A stretch of DNA of 64,000 nt from Desulfobulbaceae bacterium. Lineage in GTDB: Bacteria; Desulfobacterota; Desulfobulbia; Desulfobulbales; Desulfobulbaceae. The notes beneath the pieces are model-generated. The model saw nothing but the letters and a program-made list of their open reading frames with translations, was not told the DNA's origin and searched no databases. The position numbers and the translations under genes are program-made. Every line of letters starts with the position of its first letter. Position 1 is the first letter of the stretch. Below, piece after piece: positions 40,843 through 49,415 of the stretch. Location of the stretch: contig JANTGH010000001.1 in NCBI GenBank assembly GCA_024763055.1, forward strand, positions 877-64,876. The letters are read 5' to 3'.

Positions 40843-43263
40843 ATGGCTAAAAAGAAAAGAAGAAGAAAGAAAAACAGCGGTGCAACCCGTGGGGCAAGTC
40901 AGCCCGCCAAGGGGAAAAAATTTCTGTCCACCGGACAATTCAGCCAGGCCATTAAAATCTTTCGTCGTCTGTATAAGGAAACGGGGGATGACCAGTGGCG
41001 GCAGCCGCTTCTCGCCGCCTTTTCGGGCCGGATCAATCAGCTGACGGCCAAGATGATGCATAAGGAAGCACTTGGTATTTATCAAAATGCCAAACTCTTG
41101 TTTCCCCATTATTCCCCCGGGCTTCATGTCTTTCTTCTTCTCAAGGCAGGAAAGATCAATGAGGCTGCGCAGACACACAGGAAGGCGGCAGCCACGCTGG
41201 CAAAAAAGCAGAAACATGTCATTGAGGAAACCTTTGCCGCATTACTGCTCAGCGGACAGGAATCGGCCGACATCTTGACGGCTTTTCCTGACGATTCAGC
41301 CCTGTTGATGCACTTTCCCCATGCCGATCGGGCCTTACGTGCCTACAGCCTGAAACAGGATGCCGATGCCCTGGCAAGTTTGCAACACATTCCCTTTCGT
41401 TCCCCGTACAGGAATTTCCGGTTGGCGCTCAAGGGGATGATTGTCTTTCACTCCCGGCCCGATGAGGCGGTGTCCCTTTTTGAAAAAATTAATCATGATT
41501 CGCCGTTTTTCCGGATAACTCTTCCCTATCGTCAGTTACTGCCGGGAACAAATGAACGTACGAATCAAAAAACGTTTTCTCCTTTTGATAGAAAGATTAT
41601 TCAGTCTCTTACGGGGTTGAATGGAAAAACCATCATCTTGCTTGATTCATTGAGAAGGTGCGGAAAGACACCATCTTCTCTGTATCAGTGCCTGGTAACC
41701 TCGGGAAAATGCCTCGGCCATAAAAAGTTACGAAAAATCTGTTATCATCTTCTGCCCCATGCGCCGGAAAAGTTTTCAGATTTTCTCCGGAGATTCGGCG
41801 GGATACGAGACAGGTTTGAAGCCTGTCGGCTGCAGGCGCTTGCCATGGAAATTGAGGCTGAATATGCGGGTGTTGCCGAGGCATGGGAGGATGCCTGCAA
41901 AGAACTTATCCAGAAGAAAAATCCTGCGGACAATCTGAAAATTGCCCTGCTCTACCGGCATGTTGCCGAGGTGATGGAGAAGTACCCCGGAGAATATGAT
42001 GTTCGTGAAATCCGGGAAAAATTGCAAAAAAGCCTGCAATACGACCCCGACGACAGGGAAACCTGTCTGCGGATTTTTCATTTACTGCAGAACAGCCCTG
42101 CGGAGCAGTACAGGTATCTTAACGAGATGCTTGAACAATTTCCGGGAGATACGGATATTCTTCTGCTCGGGGTCGAGGCCGCGACCAGGCGAGGCGCCTT
42201 TAAAAAGGCAAGCAGGCTCGCCCAGCAACTGTTGAAGATCGATCCGATCAACACCAGGGTGCGACATCTGCTAATTGATGCCCATCTTGCCCATGCGCGA
42301 AAACTTTCCGGTTTGCAGAAATTTGAGCTTGCCTGCCGGGAATGTGAAGCGGCGGCTTTGTATGATCGGGCCAATCTTGGCCGTGGGAAAATAGAAATAT
42401 GCCATGGATTGATCGTTCTGTTGTCAGGTGATGAGGCCGGCGGCATGGAACTTGTTGCCGTTGGTGAGGACAAGGCCGAGAGCCCGCTCCTCGCCCGTTT
42501 CCGATTATATACGGAGGCTTTGTTGCTGGGGTTGCCGAAAAAATGGAGCAAAAGCTTTACCTCCCGCTTGAAGACCGAGTTACGATCAACCCTTGATCAA
42601 AATGGAGTGTTGCAGATTGTTGACCAAATAAAAAACCTTGAGGGAGAAAAAGAGAAGACCCTGCAATCGATTGTCTCTGCTGTAATCCCCTGGTTGAAAA
42701 AAGGGGCAAAACTGAACTGGCCTCGGGATGCCATACGAAGTCTCTGTCATTTCTTTTATCACAAGCGCTATCATGATTTGTTGTCGGCCTATGCGGAAGC
42801 GGCGACAAAAAAGAAGTTTGAAGACCCCCTGTTGCTCTTTTATTCCATTTACGCAAAGACAGCGGGAGGTAAAAAACGATTAACGGGGAAACAGTATAAC
42901 CAGCTAAACCAGGCTTGGAATGACGCCAGGCTGAGCGGGGACAGGGAATCAGCTGGTTTAATAGATGATTTTCTTATGGACAATCCACCCGTCAGGGGGA
43001 TTGGGCGGGGAAATCCTTTTAAACTGCTTGCAAAGCTATTGGAGACTGAATTTGAGGACCACCTTGCCGACGGCACGGAACCAACGGATGATGAATATGA
43101 CGAAATTATTTCCGAGATTCTATCCGAGAGTTCTCCAATTGGTGGAATCCCCTTGCCTCATCCTCAAAAACAACAGCCTCGGAAGGCAGGAAACACGTCA
43201 ACGGAAAAAGCCGATGATGACGCAGACAAGAACAATCCAACCCAACTGAATCTATTTCCATGA
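40843..43263 (+). CDS. Large helical-repeat (TPR-like) protein with K/R-rich N-terminus and acidic C-terminus
   Basis: 806 aa. Starts MAKKKRRRKKNSGATRG. Contains repeated TPR-like helices (QFSQAIKIFRRLYKETGD, FKKASRLAQQLLKIDPIN) and a D/E-rich tail. Its stop overlaps the next gene's start (ATGA). Confidence 0.6.
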   Translation: MAKKKRRRKKNSGATRGASQPAKGKKFLSTGQFSQAIKIFRRLYKETGDDQWRQPLLAAFSGRINQLTAKMMHKEALGIYQNAKLLFPHYSPGLHVFLLLKAGKINEAAQTHRKAAATLAKKQKHVIEETFAALLLSGQESADILTAFPDDSALLMHFPHADRALRAYSLKQDADALASLQHIPFRSPYRNFRLALKGMIVFHSRPDEAVSLFEKINHDSPFFRITLPYRQLLPGTNERTNQKTFSPFDRKIIQSLTGLNGKTIILLDSLRRCGKTPSSLYQCLVTSGKCLGHKKLRKICYHLLPHAPEKFSDFLRRFGGIRDRFEACRLQALAMEIEAEYAGVAEAWEDACKELIQKKNPADNLKIALLYRHVAEVMEKYPGEYDVREIREKLQKSLQYDPDDRETCLRIFHLLQNSPAEQYRYLNEMLEQFPGDTDILLLGVEAATRRGAFKKASRLAQQLLKIDPINTRVRHLLIDAHLAHARKLSGLQKFELACRECEAAALYDRANLGRGKIEICHGLIVLLSGDEAGGMELVAVGEDKAESPLLARFRLYTEALLLGLPKKWSKSFTSRLKTELRSTLDQNGVLQIVDQIKNLEGEKEKTLQSIVSAVIPWLKKGAKLNWPRDAIRSLCHFFYHKRYHDLLSAYAEAATKKKFEDPLLLFYSIYAKTAGGKKRLTGKQYNQLNQAWNDARLSGDRESAGLIDDFLMDNPPVRGIGRGNPFKLLAKLLETEFEDHLADGTEPTDDEYDEIISEILSESSPIGGIPLPHPQKQQPRKAGNTSTEKADDDADKNNPTQLNLFP

Positions 43264-43574
43264 AAACTCCTTTTGAGATTTTGAACATACCAGGGGACAG
43301 CGGTGATGACGCCGTGAAAAAGGGCTATCTTGCCATGGTCAAACAATTTCCGCCCGAACGATTTCCGGATGAATTTCAGCGCATCTGTTCCGCTTATGAA
43401 ATGGTTAAAACCGAAAAGAACAGGCTGAAGTACGCTCTTTTCGATGCCGGTGTCCCTGATGTAGATGAATTGATACGAGATATCAAAGATGATGCCCAGG
43501 GGGACAGGCCCGATCTGCAGACCCTGCAAAAACAGTTGCTCTCTGCAGTTCATCAAACCATGATAGTGGAGTAG
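43260..43574 (+). CDS. J-domain-like protein lacking the HPD motif
   Basis: TPFEILNIPGDSGDDAVKKGYLAMVKQFPPERFPDEFQRICSAYEMV aligns to J-domain helices I-III, with FPP in place of HPD. No Gly/Phe, zinc-finger or C-terminal DnaJ domains. Confidence 0.6.
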   Translation: MKTPFEILNIPGDSGDDAVKKGYLAMVKQFPPERFPDEFQRICSAYEMVKTEKNRLKYALFDAGVPDVDELIRDIKDDAQGDRPDLQTLQKQLLSAVHQTMIVE

Positions 43575-43577
43575 TCT

Positions 43578-44249
43578 GTGGCAGAATTCAGCAATGATCA
43601 GCTCCTTAAACAGTTTGCAAACTACCTTGAAAAAGCTTCTGAAAGCCGGAATAAACCGGTTGAAAAACTTGATCTGTTTTCATTTTACAATGAAATCACG
43701 GCGCTGAAAAATGAGGTCAAGATTGAATCCCGCCTTATCAAGCAGGGACTGGATGATTTTAAGGAAACCGCCGCAGTTATTGGGCAGGTCAATACCAGGC
43801 TTGATGCCGGATTTCTTGAAAAAGACAGGGAGCTGAAAAACAAAGCCGAACGTTCGGCTTTGCGCCCTGTGCTGCTTGGATTGATTGATCTTTATGACAG
43901 GATTCATGCTTCCCTGCATACCGTATCCGTAAAGCGACCGGCAGGATTTTTGTTTCGGTTGGGTTTGTGCCGGAGCAACGATGGAAAAGTTATCCGTTCC
44001 ATGCGGGAGGGACAAAAGATGACCCTGGAGCGAATCCTTGCCTTGCTTGCCGATTGCGGCGTTCATCCCATAGAAGCTCCTGGGTGCCGTTTTGACCCGC
44101 AGACAATGCGCGCCATGGGCACGGATACGGTTTCGGAGATTGAAGAAGGCATGGTCAGCCAGGAATTGCGGACAGGGTTTACCTGGGATGATGAAGTTCT
44201 GCGTCCGGCGGAAGTGCGGGTGAACAGACGCATGGACGCAACTGATTAA
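43578..44249 (+). CDS. GrpE-like nucleotide exchange factor
   Basis: N-terminal coiled coil followed by a C-terminal GrpE block (RFDPQTMRAM...GF.WDDEVLRPAEVRV). GTG start. Confidence 0.7.
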   Translation: MAEFSNDQLLKQFANYLEKASESRNKPVEKLDLFSFYNEITALKNEVKIESRLIKQGLDDFKETAAVIGQVNTRLDAGFLEKDRELKNKAERSALRPVLLGLIDLYDRIHASLHTVSVKRPAGFLFRLGLCRSNDGKVIRSMREGQKMTLERILALLADCGVHPIEAPGCRFDPQTMRAMGTDTVSEIEEGMVSQELRTGFTWDDEVLRPAEVRVNRRMDATD

Positions 44250-44295
44250 GTCCCGGCTCCGGGTTAATTTTTTCAAATTTTATATTGGACATGAC

Positions 44296-46050
44296 ATGAT
44301 GAAAGAAACAATTGTCGGCATTGATCTCGGCACTACGAATTCGGAGGTTGCGGTATTTGAGAATATGCAGCCGGCATTGATTAAACGGAATAACACCGCT
44401 ATTTTTCCTTCTTATGTCGGAATAGACCAGGACGGTAAACTACTCGTCGGTGAGGCTGCCCGCAATCAGTATCCTGTATATCCCGAACGAACGGTCAAGT
44501 CCATTAAACGGTTGATGGGCAGTGGTGAAAAAGTAACTATGGCCGGTAAACAATATGCGCCCCAGGAGATTTCAGCAATTATTCTCAAGTCACTCAAGGA
44601 AATCGCGGAAGAACAACTTGGTCACGCGGTCTCCAGAGCGGTTATCACCGTGCCGGCCTATTTTTCCGATATTCAACGCCAGGCCACCCGGGAAGCGGGA
44701 GAGGTTGCCGGTTTTGAAACAATAAAGATGATCAATGAGCCGACCGCCGCCGCTCTTGCCTACGAAGGAGCACAGCATGACGGCAAAACAATCATGGTCT
44801 ATGATCTCGGCGGCGGTACCTTTGATGTTTCGGTGGTACGGATCGAGGACGGTGTAATCGAGGTCGTGGCAAGCCATGGCAACAATCAGCTGGGCGGAGA
44901 TGATTTCGACCGCAAGATCGTTGACTATGTCCATAAGCATCTTGCCGAAACACACGGCGAAATAACCCTTTCCCCCGAGGCCGAAGCGCGTATAATCCGG
45001 GCCGCTGAACAGGCAAAACTGACCCTGTCCGACAACCCGTTTGCCGAAATCAGGGAGGAGTATCTTTTTGAAAAAGATGGGGTGCCGGTCCATCTTGCCC
45101 TTGAACTAAGTCGTGACACCTATGAAGAGATGATTACCCCGTTTATTGATGAAACGCTTGACGCCATCCATATAGCCCTGCAGGGAGCCGATCTGACCGC
45201 ATCGGATATTGAAGAGGTTCTGCTGGTCGGTGGATCATCCCGCACTCCGCTGGTGCATGAGTATATTGAACGGGAGTTCGGCATCCTGCCGCGCAGCGAG
45301 GTGGATCCCGATCTCTGTGTTGCCTGTGGTGCGGCCATCCAGGCCGCCATGATCGCCGGCGAAGAGGTGTCAGCAGTTCTTGTCGATATCACTCCCTATA
45401 CCTTCGGCACCGGCAGTCTTGATTTTGACATACAGCGTATGGGATATAAAGATATTTATGTGCCGCTGATTAAAAAGAACACGCCGATTCCGACCAGAAA
45501 AAGTGAGGTTTTTTATACCATGTACGATAATCAGGAAAGCGTGCGGGTTCGCGTCTACCAGGGAGAAAACAGTAAGCCGAATGAGAATATTGAAATCGGC
45601 GAATTCCTGATCAGCGGTCTTTCCGAGGTTCCGGAGGGAAATGAAATCATCACCACCTTTGCCCTGGATACCGACGGTATCCTCCAGGTTACTGCCACGG
45701 AAAAGTGCAGCGGTCTTTCAAAAACGATTACCATCGACAATGCAATAGGCCGTTTTCAGGAGGATGAATTGGCCCGGGCCAAGGGCAAGATTGTTGAACT
45801 GTTCGGGGATGACACGGATGACGCACAGCCGGTGGTGGAAGAAGGAGCTACGCCGGAGCCGGAGTTCCAGGAGGCGGAAAAGACGTTGGTAAAAGCGGAA
45901 CATTTGATGGAAAATGCCGAACCCGAGGATCGGGAAGAGATGGTTGATCTGGCGGAAACGATTAAAGATGCCATGCGGAACAATGACGCGGATCGACTTG
46001 CCGAGGCTGTCAACGAGCTGAATGAAATTATCTTTTACCTGGAATCATAA
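44296..46050 (+). CDS. Hsp70-family ATPase (non-canonical DnaK paralogue, short lid)
   Basis: GIDLGTTNS, DLGGGTFD and LLVGGSSRTP actin-fold motifs. An SBD-beta is present, but the whole protein is only 584 aa and ends in a short acidic helical tail. Confidence 0.9.
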   Translation: MMKETIVGIDLGTTNSEVAVFENMQPALIKRNNTAIFPSYVGIDQDGKLLVGEAARNQYPVYPERTVKSIKRLMGSGEKVTMAGKQYAPQEISAIILKSLKEIAEEQLGHAVSRAVITVPAYFSDIQRQATREAGEVAGFETIKMINEPTAAALAYEGAQHDGKTIMVYDLGGGTFDVSVVRIEDGVIEVVASHGNNQLGGDDFDRKIVDYVHKHLAETHGEITLSPEAEARIIRAAEQAKLTLSDNPFAEIREEYLFEKDGVPVHLALELSRDTYEEMITPFIDETLDAIHIALQGADLTASDIEEVLLVGGSSRTPLVHEYIEREFGILPRSEVDPDLCVACGAAIQAAMIAGEEVSAVLVDITPYTFGTGSLDFDIQRMGYKDIYVPLIKKNTPIPTRKSEVFYTMYDNQESVRVRVYQGENSKPNENIEIGEFLISGLSEVPEGNEIITTFALDTDGILQVTATEKCSGLSKTITIDNAIGRFQEDELARAKGKIVELFGDDTDDAQPVVEEGATPEPEFQEAEKTLVKAEHLMENAEPEDREEMVDLAETIKDAMRNNDADRLAEAVNELNEIIFYLES

Positions 46051-46053
46051 ATC

Positions 46054-46302
46054 ATGGAGCGATGTCCTGTCTGTCGCGCCCGGGTAAAGGAGAATCCTCT
46101 CTGCAGGCGATGCGGTTCCGATCTCACCGATCTTTTCGTTCTTGAAAAGCAGGCGGAGTATATGTTGGTCAGAGCCGTGCAATGCCTTCAGGCAGGAAAA
46201 GTAACCATGGCTCTTCGTTTTTCCGACCATGCTAATACTTTAAAAAGAACGGAATTCGGCGAATTGTTCAGCGGTTTTCTTCGAGATGTTTTGACAAGGT
46301 AG
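46054..46302 (+). CDS. Small zinc-ribbon protein
   Basis: 82 aa. CPVC-x10-CRRC followed by a helical segment. It starts 3 nt after the Hsp70 stop. Confidence 0.5.
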   Translation: MERCPVCRARVKENPLCRRCGSDLTDLFVLEKQAEYMLVRAVQCLQAGKVTMALRFSDHANTLKRTEFGELFSGFLRDVLTR

Positions 46303-46603
46303 CTGCTTCATGTCACCGGCAAACTACACGTCAACCAAGGCGGGTGGAGAAGGCCTTTCGGTCAAGCAAGAATGGACCATGGAGTTGAAGGCGAGATCCT
46401 TGATTTCATCCAAGCCGTGCTTTACCGGTAATCAGAATTCTTTTTATCATCCCTGATGAAATCTTTTGGAAATAGAACATATCCTTGGTCCCTTCAATAT
46501 CATCCCGCCGGGAAAGAGGACCTTGTCACGAAGCTGAATCCGTCGCAACGGATTGTAATGCAATAACATAGAGAAAATAATATAGAGAAGACAACGCGGA
46601 GAT

Positions 46604-47640
46604 ATGCCACTTTTTCAGGAAAAAATAATAGCAAAGGCACTGGGACCGAATATTGGACATATTCCGGAGCAACATCGCCTGATTCTGGAGAACTGGCGTG
46701 AAAAGATTGAATCCGACAGTCTGCTCAGACAGACGGAAGTGGCAATCCATGCCCCCTTTATGCAGAAAATTATGGTGGAGGTGTTGGGGTATACACCGTT
46801 CGGCGCGGGAGATTTCTGGACGATCGCCCGTGAATATGGGGTTGCCGGCGGAGCTGTTGATTTGGCGTTGGGACATTTCACTGACGACAAAGCCGGGGAT
46901 CGTGTTCTTGCCCCCTTTGAACTTAAAGGGGCAAGAACCAGAGACCTTGACGCCATTATGCCCGGACGCCACAAAACCCCTGTACAACAGGCTTGGGATT
47001 ATGCCCGTGATATCAAAGGGGCCCAGTGGGTGCTGCTCTGTAACTATGTGGAGCTTCGCCTGTCTGCCGTCAGTGAAACCTCACTGGTGTACGAGCGGTT
47101 TAATATGGCCGAACTCGCCGATCCCCGGCAATACGCACGATTTATCCTCCTGCTCCATGCCGATAATCTTCTCTCCGGCAACACGGCAAAACTGCTCAAT
47201 CAGAGTCTGCTTGCCGACAAGGAAATCACGGCCCAACTTTATGAAGACTATAAATTACTGCGTGAGTTGTTGATTTCCTGTCTGATCAGGGATAATCCGG
47301 ATATTGCCGCCGCCGATCTCATTGCCCCGGCGCAAAAGCTGTTGGATCGTTTTCTTTTTATCGCTTTTGCAGAAGATAAGGGTTTGATCCCGGAAACCAG
47401 CATTCAAAAAGCCCATAAACACACCGATCCCTATAATCCGCGTCCGGTTTATGAAAATTTCAAGGGACTGTTCCGGGCCATTGATCAGGGCAGCGTCGAA
47501 CTTGCCATTTCCGCGTACAATGGCGGCCTCTTTGCCGAAGATGCTGTGCTGAACGGACTTAAGGTCGCCGATGAAGTCTGTTTTGCTGTTAGTGAACTTG
47601 CAAGCTATGATTTTGATTTCGAGATTTCCGTCACCGGAGG
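46604..47640 (+). pseudogene. 5' remnant of an MmeI-like type IIG restriction-modification enzyme (nuclease plus helical linker only)
   Basis: PD-(D/E)xK-like block GGAVDLALG...PFELKGART...QQAWDYA, then RFLFIAFAEDKGLIP and YNGGLF. Similarity stops after YDFDFEISVT, before any SAM-binding motif. The rest of the track ORF runs antisense into the next gene. Confidence 0.6.
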
Positions 47641-47772
47641 TTTTCTCGGCGCAATGCGATGTCGTCTGACACCCGACGGTAAAAGGCGCAGAGCACCCGA
47701 AGTTGTGCGTTACATCGCAGAGCGATGTAACGAGTGTAACAACGCAGTGTCGGTAGAGTTCATGGTCGGTTG

Positions 47773-49161
47773 CTATCCTATGTCAAATTCCTGGTGCAGG
47801 GTGGGCATTTCCACGCGGGTATCTTTGAGCAGGCTGCCGAAGGTGGTCATGGCCTTTTCCTCACCGTGGACTAAAAAGGTGGTTTCCGGTTTGGTGTGTG
47901 AGTGCCAGTCCAGCAGGACCTTCTGATCACCATGGGCGGAAAAGCCGCCGATGGTATACACCTGTGCCCGGACCTCAATTTCCTCTCGGAAGATGCGTAC
48001 CTTTTTAGCGCCGTCGATAATCTGCCTGGCTAATGTTCCCTGGGCGGCATAGCCGACAAAGATGACGGATGCTTCCCTGCGCCAGAGGTTATGCTTGAAG
48101 TGATGCCTGATCCGGCCGCCGGTGGCCATGCCCGATCCGGCAATGATGACCGCACCCTTTACCTGTTTCAGGCCGATGGAGGCGGCGGTATCCCTGGTGA
48201 AGTGAAGGCCCGGCAGGGCAAAGGGATCCCTGCCGTCCTGGAAAACCGCCCAGGTCTCGGTATCAAAGCACTCAGGGTGATGCTGGAAGATTTTTGTTGC
48301 GGAAATTGCCATGGGCGAGTCGAGAAAGACCTGGGTGTGTTCAGGGATCACTCCCTGCTCGATACCCTCACGCAGATAATAGAGAATTTCCTGCGTCCTC
48401 TCCAGGGCAAAACTGGGAATCATCACGTTGCCGCCCCGTTTCCCGGTTTCGAGGATGGCTGTGTAAAGCTCTTCTATGGAGGGTTGCAGTTGTTTGTGCA
48501 GCCGGTCGCCGTAGGTGGTTTCCATCACCACAATATCCGCTTTGGGCGGCATGGAGGGATCCGGCAGAATGGCACGGTCTCCGTACCCGAGGTCTCCGGA
48601 AAACAGCACCCGTCGGTGGCTGTGATTTTCTTCAAGTTCAAGGAGGATAAAGGCCGAGCCGAGAATATGTCCGGCATCATAAAAAGTTCCCCGGATGCCG
48701 GGAGCGATATCGAAGGGATGGATGAGAGAGCCGGCGTCTTCAAAATAATCGAGACAGTTTAAGGCATCAAGGGTGTCATACAGGGGTTCAATCGGTTCGC
48801 TGTCCTCATCCTTTTTTTGCGCCTTCTTACTGCGGTATTCCGCCTCTTCCTCCTGGATACGGGCGGAATCAAGCATGACCAGCCTGGCCAGTTCCCTGGT
48901 TGCCGAGGTGCAGATTATTTTTCCCTTGAATCCCCGTTTAACTAACAGGGGAATGCGACCGCAATGGTCAAGATGGGCATGGGTCAGCAGGAGAAAATCA
49001 ATGTCGGCGGGATCAAAGCCGAAATTGTTACTGTTTTCCTCTTCGAGTTCTCTGCGGCCCTGATACATGCCGCAGTCAATCAGCAACTTTGTGTCCCTGC
49101 ACTGGACAAAGTGACATGAACCGGTTACCCCCTGGTCTGCTCCGTGAAAGGCAAGTTTCAT
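47773..49161 (-). CDS. MBL-fold beta-CASP family RNA-metabolising hydrolase
   Basis: LLLTHAHLDHCG motif. About 460 aa, with beta-CASP and a C-terminal RMMBL-like region. Confidence 0.85.
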   Translation of the reverse strand: MKLAFHGADQGVTGSCHFVQCRDTKLLIDCGMYQGRRELEEENSNNFGFDPADIDFLLLTHAHLDHCGRIPLLVKRGFKGKIICTSATRELARLVMLDSARIQEEEAEYRSKKAQKKDEDSEPIEPLYDTLDALNCLDYFEDAGSLIHPFDIAPGIRGTFYDAGHILGSAFILLELEENHSHRRVLFSGDLGYGDRAILPDPSMPPKADIVVMETTYGDRLHKQLQPSIEELYTAILETGKRGGNVMIPSFALERTQEILYYLREGIEQGVIPEHTQVFLDSPMAISATKIFQHHPECFDTETWAVFQDGRDPFALPGLHFTRDTAASIGLKQVKGAVIIAGSGMATGGRIRHHFKHNLWRREASVIFVGYAAQGTLARQIIDGAKKVRIFREEIEVRAQVYTIGGFSAHGDQKVLLDWHSHTKPETTFLVHGEEKAMTTFGSLLKDTRVEMPTLHQEFDIG

Positions 49162-49181
49162 AATGTTTATTCCCTAATTAA

Positions 49182-49383
49182 AATATTGATGGCGTCGTAA
49201 AAACTTCGATCTACTGCGTCGTGTGTCCTGTGGCGATTCGTAGGCATACTACATGTCTAATTAAGACCCGCCACAGAACACTGCTCCTCGGAGTCTCCGC
49301 TACGCTGCGCTTACCTGTATATCTGTGTTTTTACTTAGCCATCTTTAAGCATTGTCTGGACTTTTTACGAGTTTATCAATATT
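49182..49383. repeat. MITE-like repeat, AATATTGATGG...CGTAAAAA-TIR family, long copy
   Basis: AATATTGATGGCGTCGTAAAAA at the left and TTTTTACGAGTTTATCAATATT at the right. Internal IR CTGTGGCG/CGCCACAG. Confidence 0.55.
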
Positions 49384-49415
49384 GGTAATAATGTTTTTCC
49401 GGAGGGGAAAATAAT

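Noticed and set aside
47641-47926. C-terminal 95 codons of the 46604-47926 track ORF.
   Set aside because: Family similarity ends near 47640. The remainder crosses a hairpin and then runs antisense through the 3' end of the well-supported beta-CASP gene. The full 440-aa ORF is therefore not a real product.
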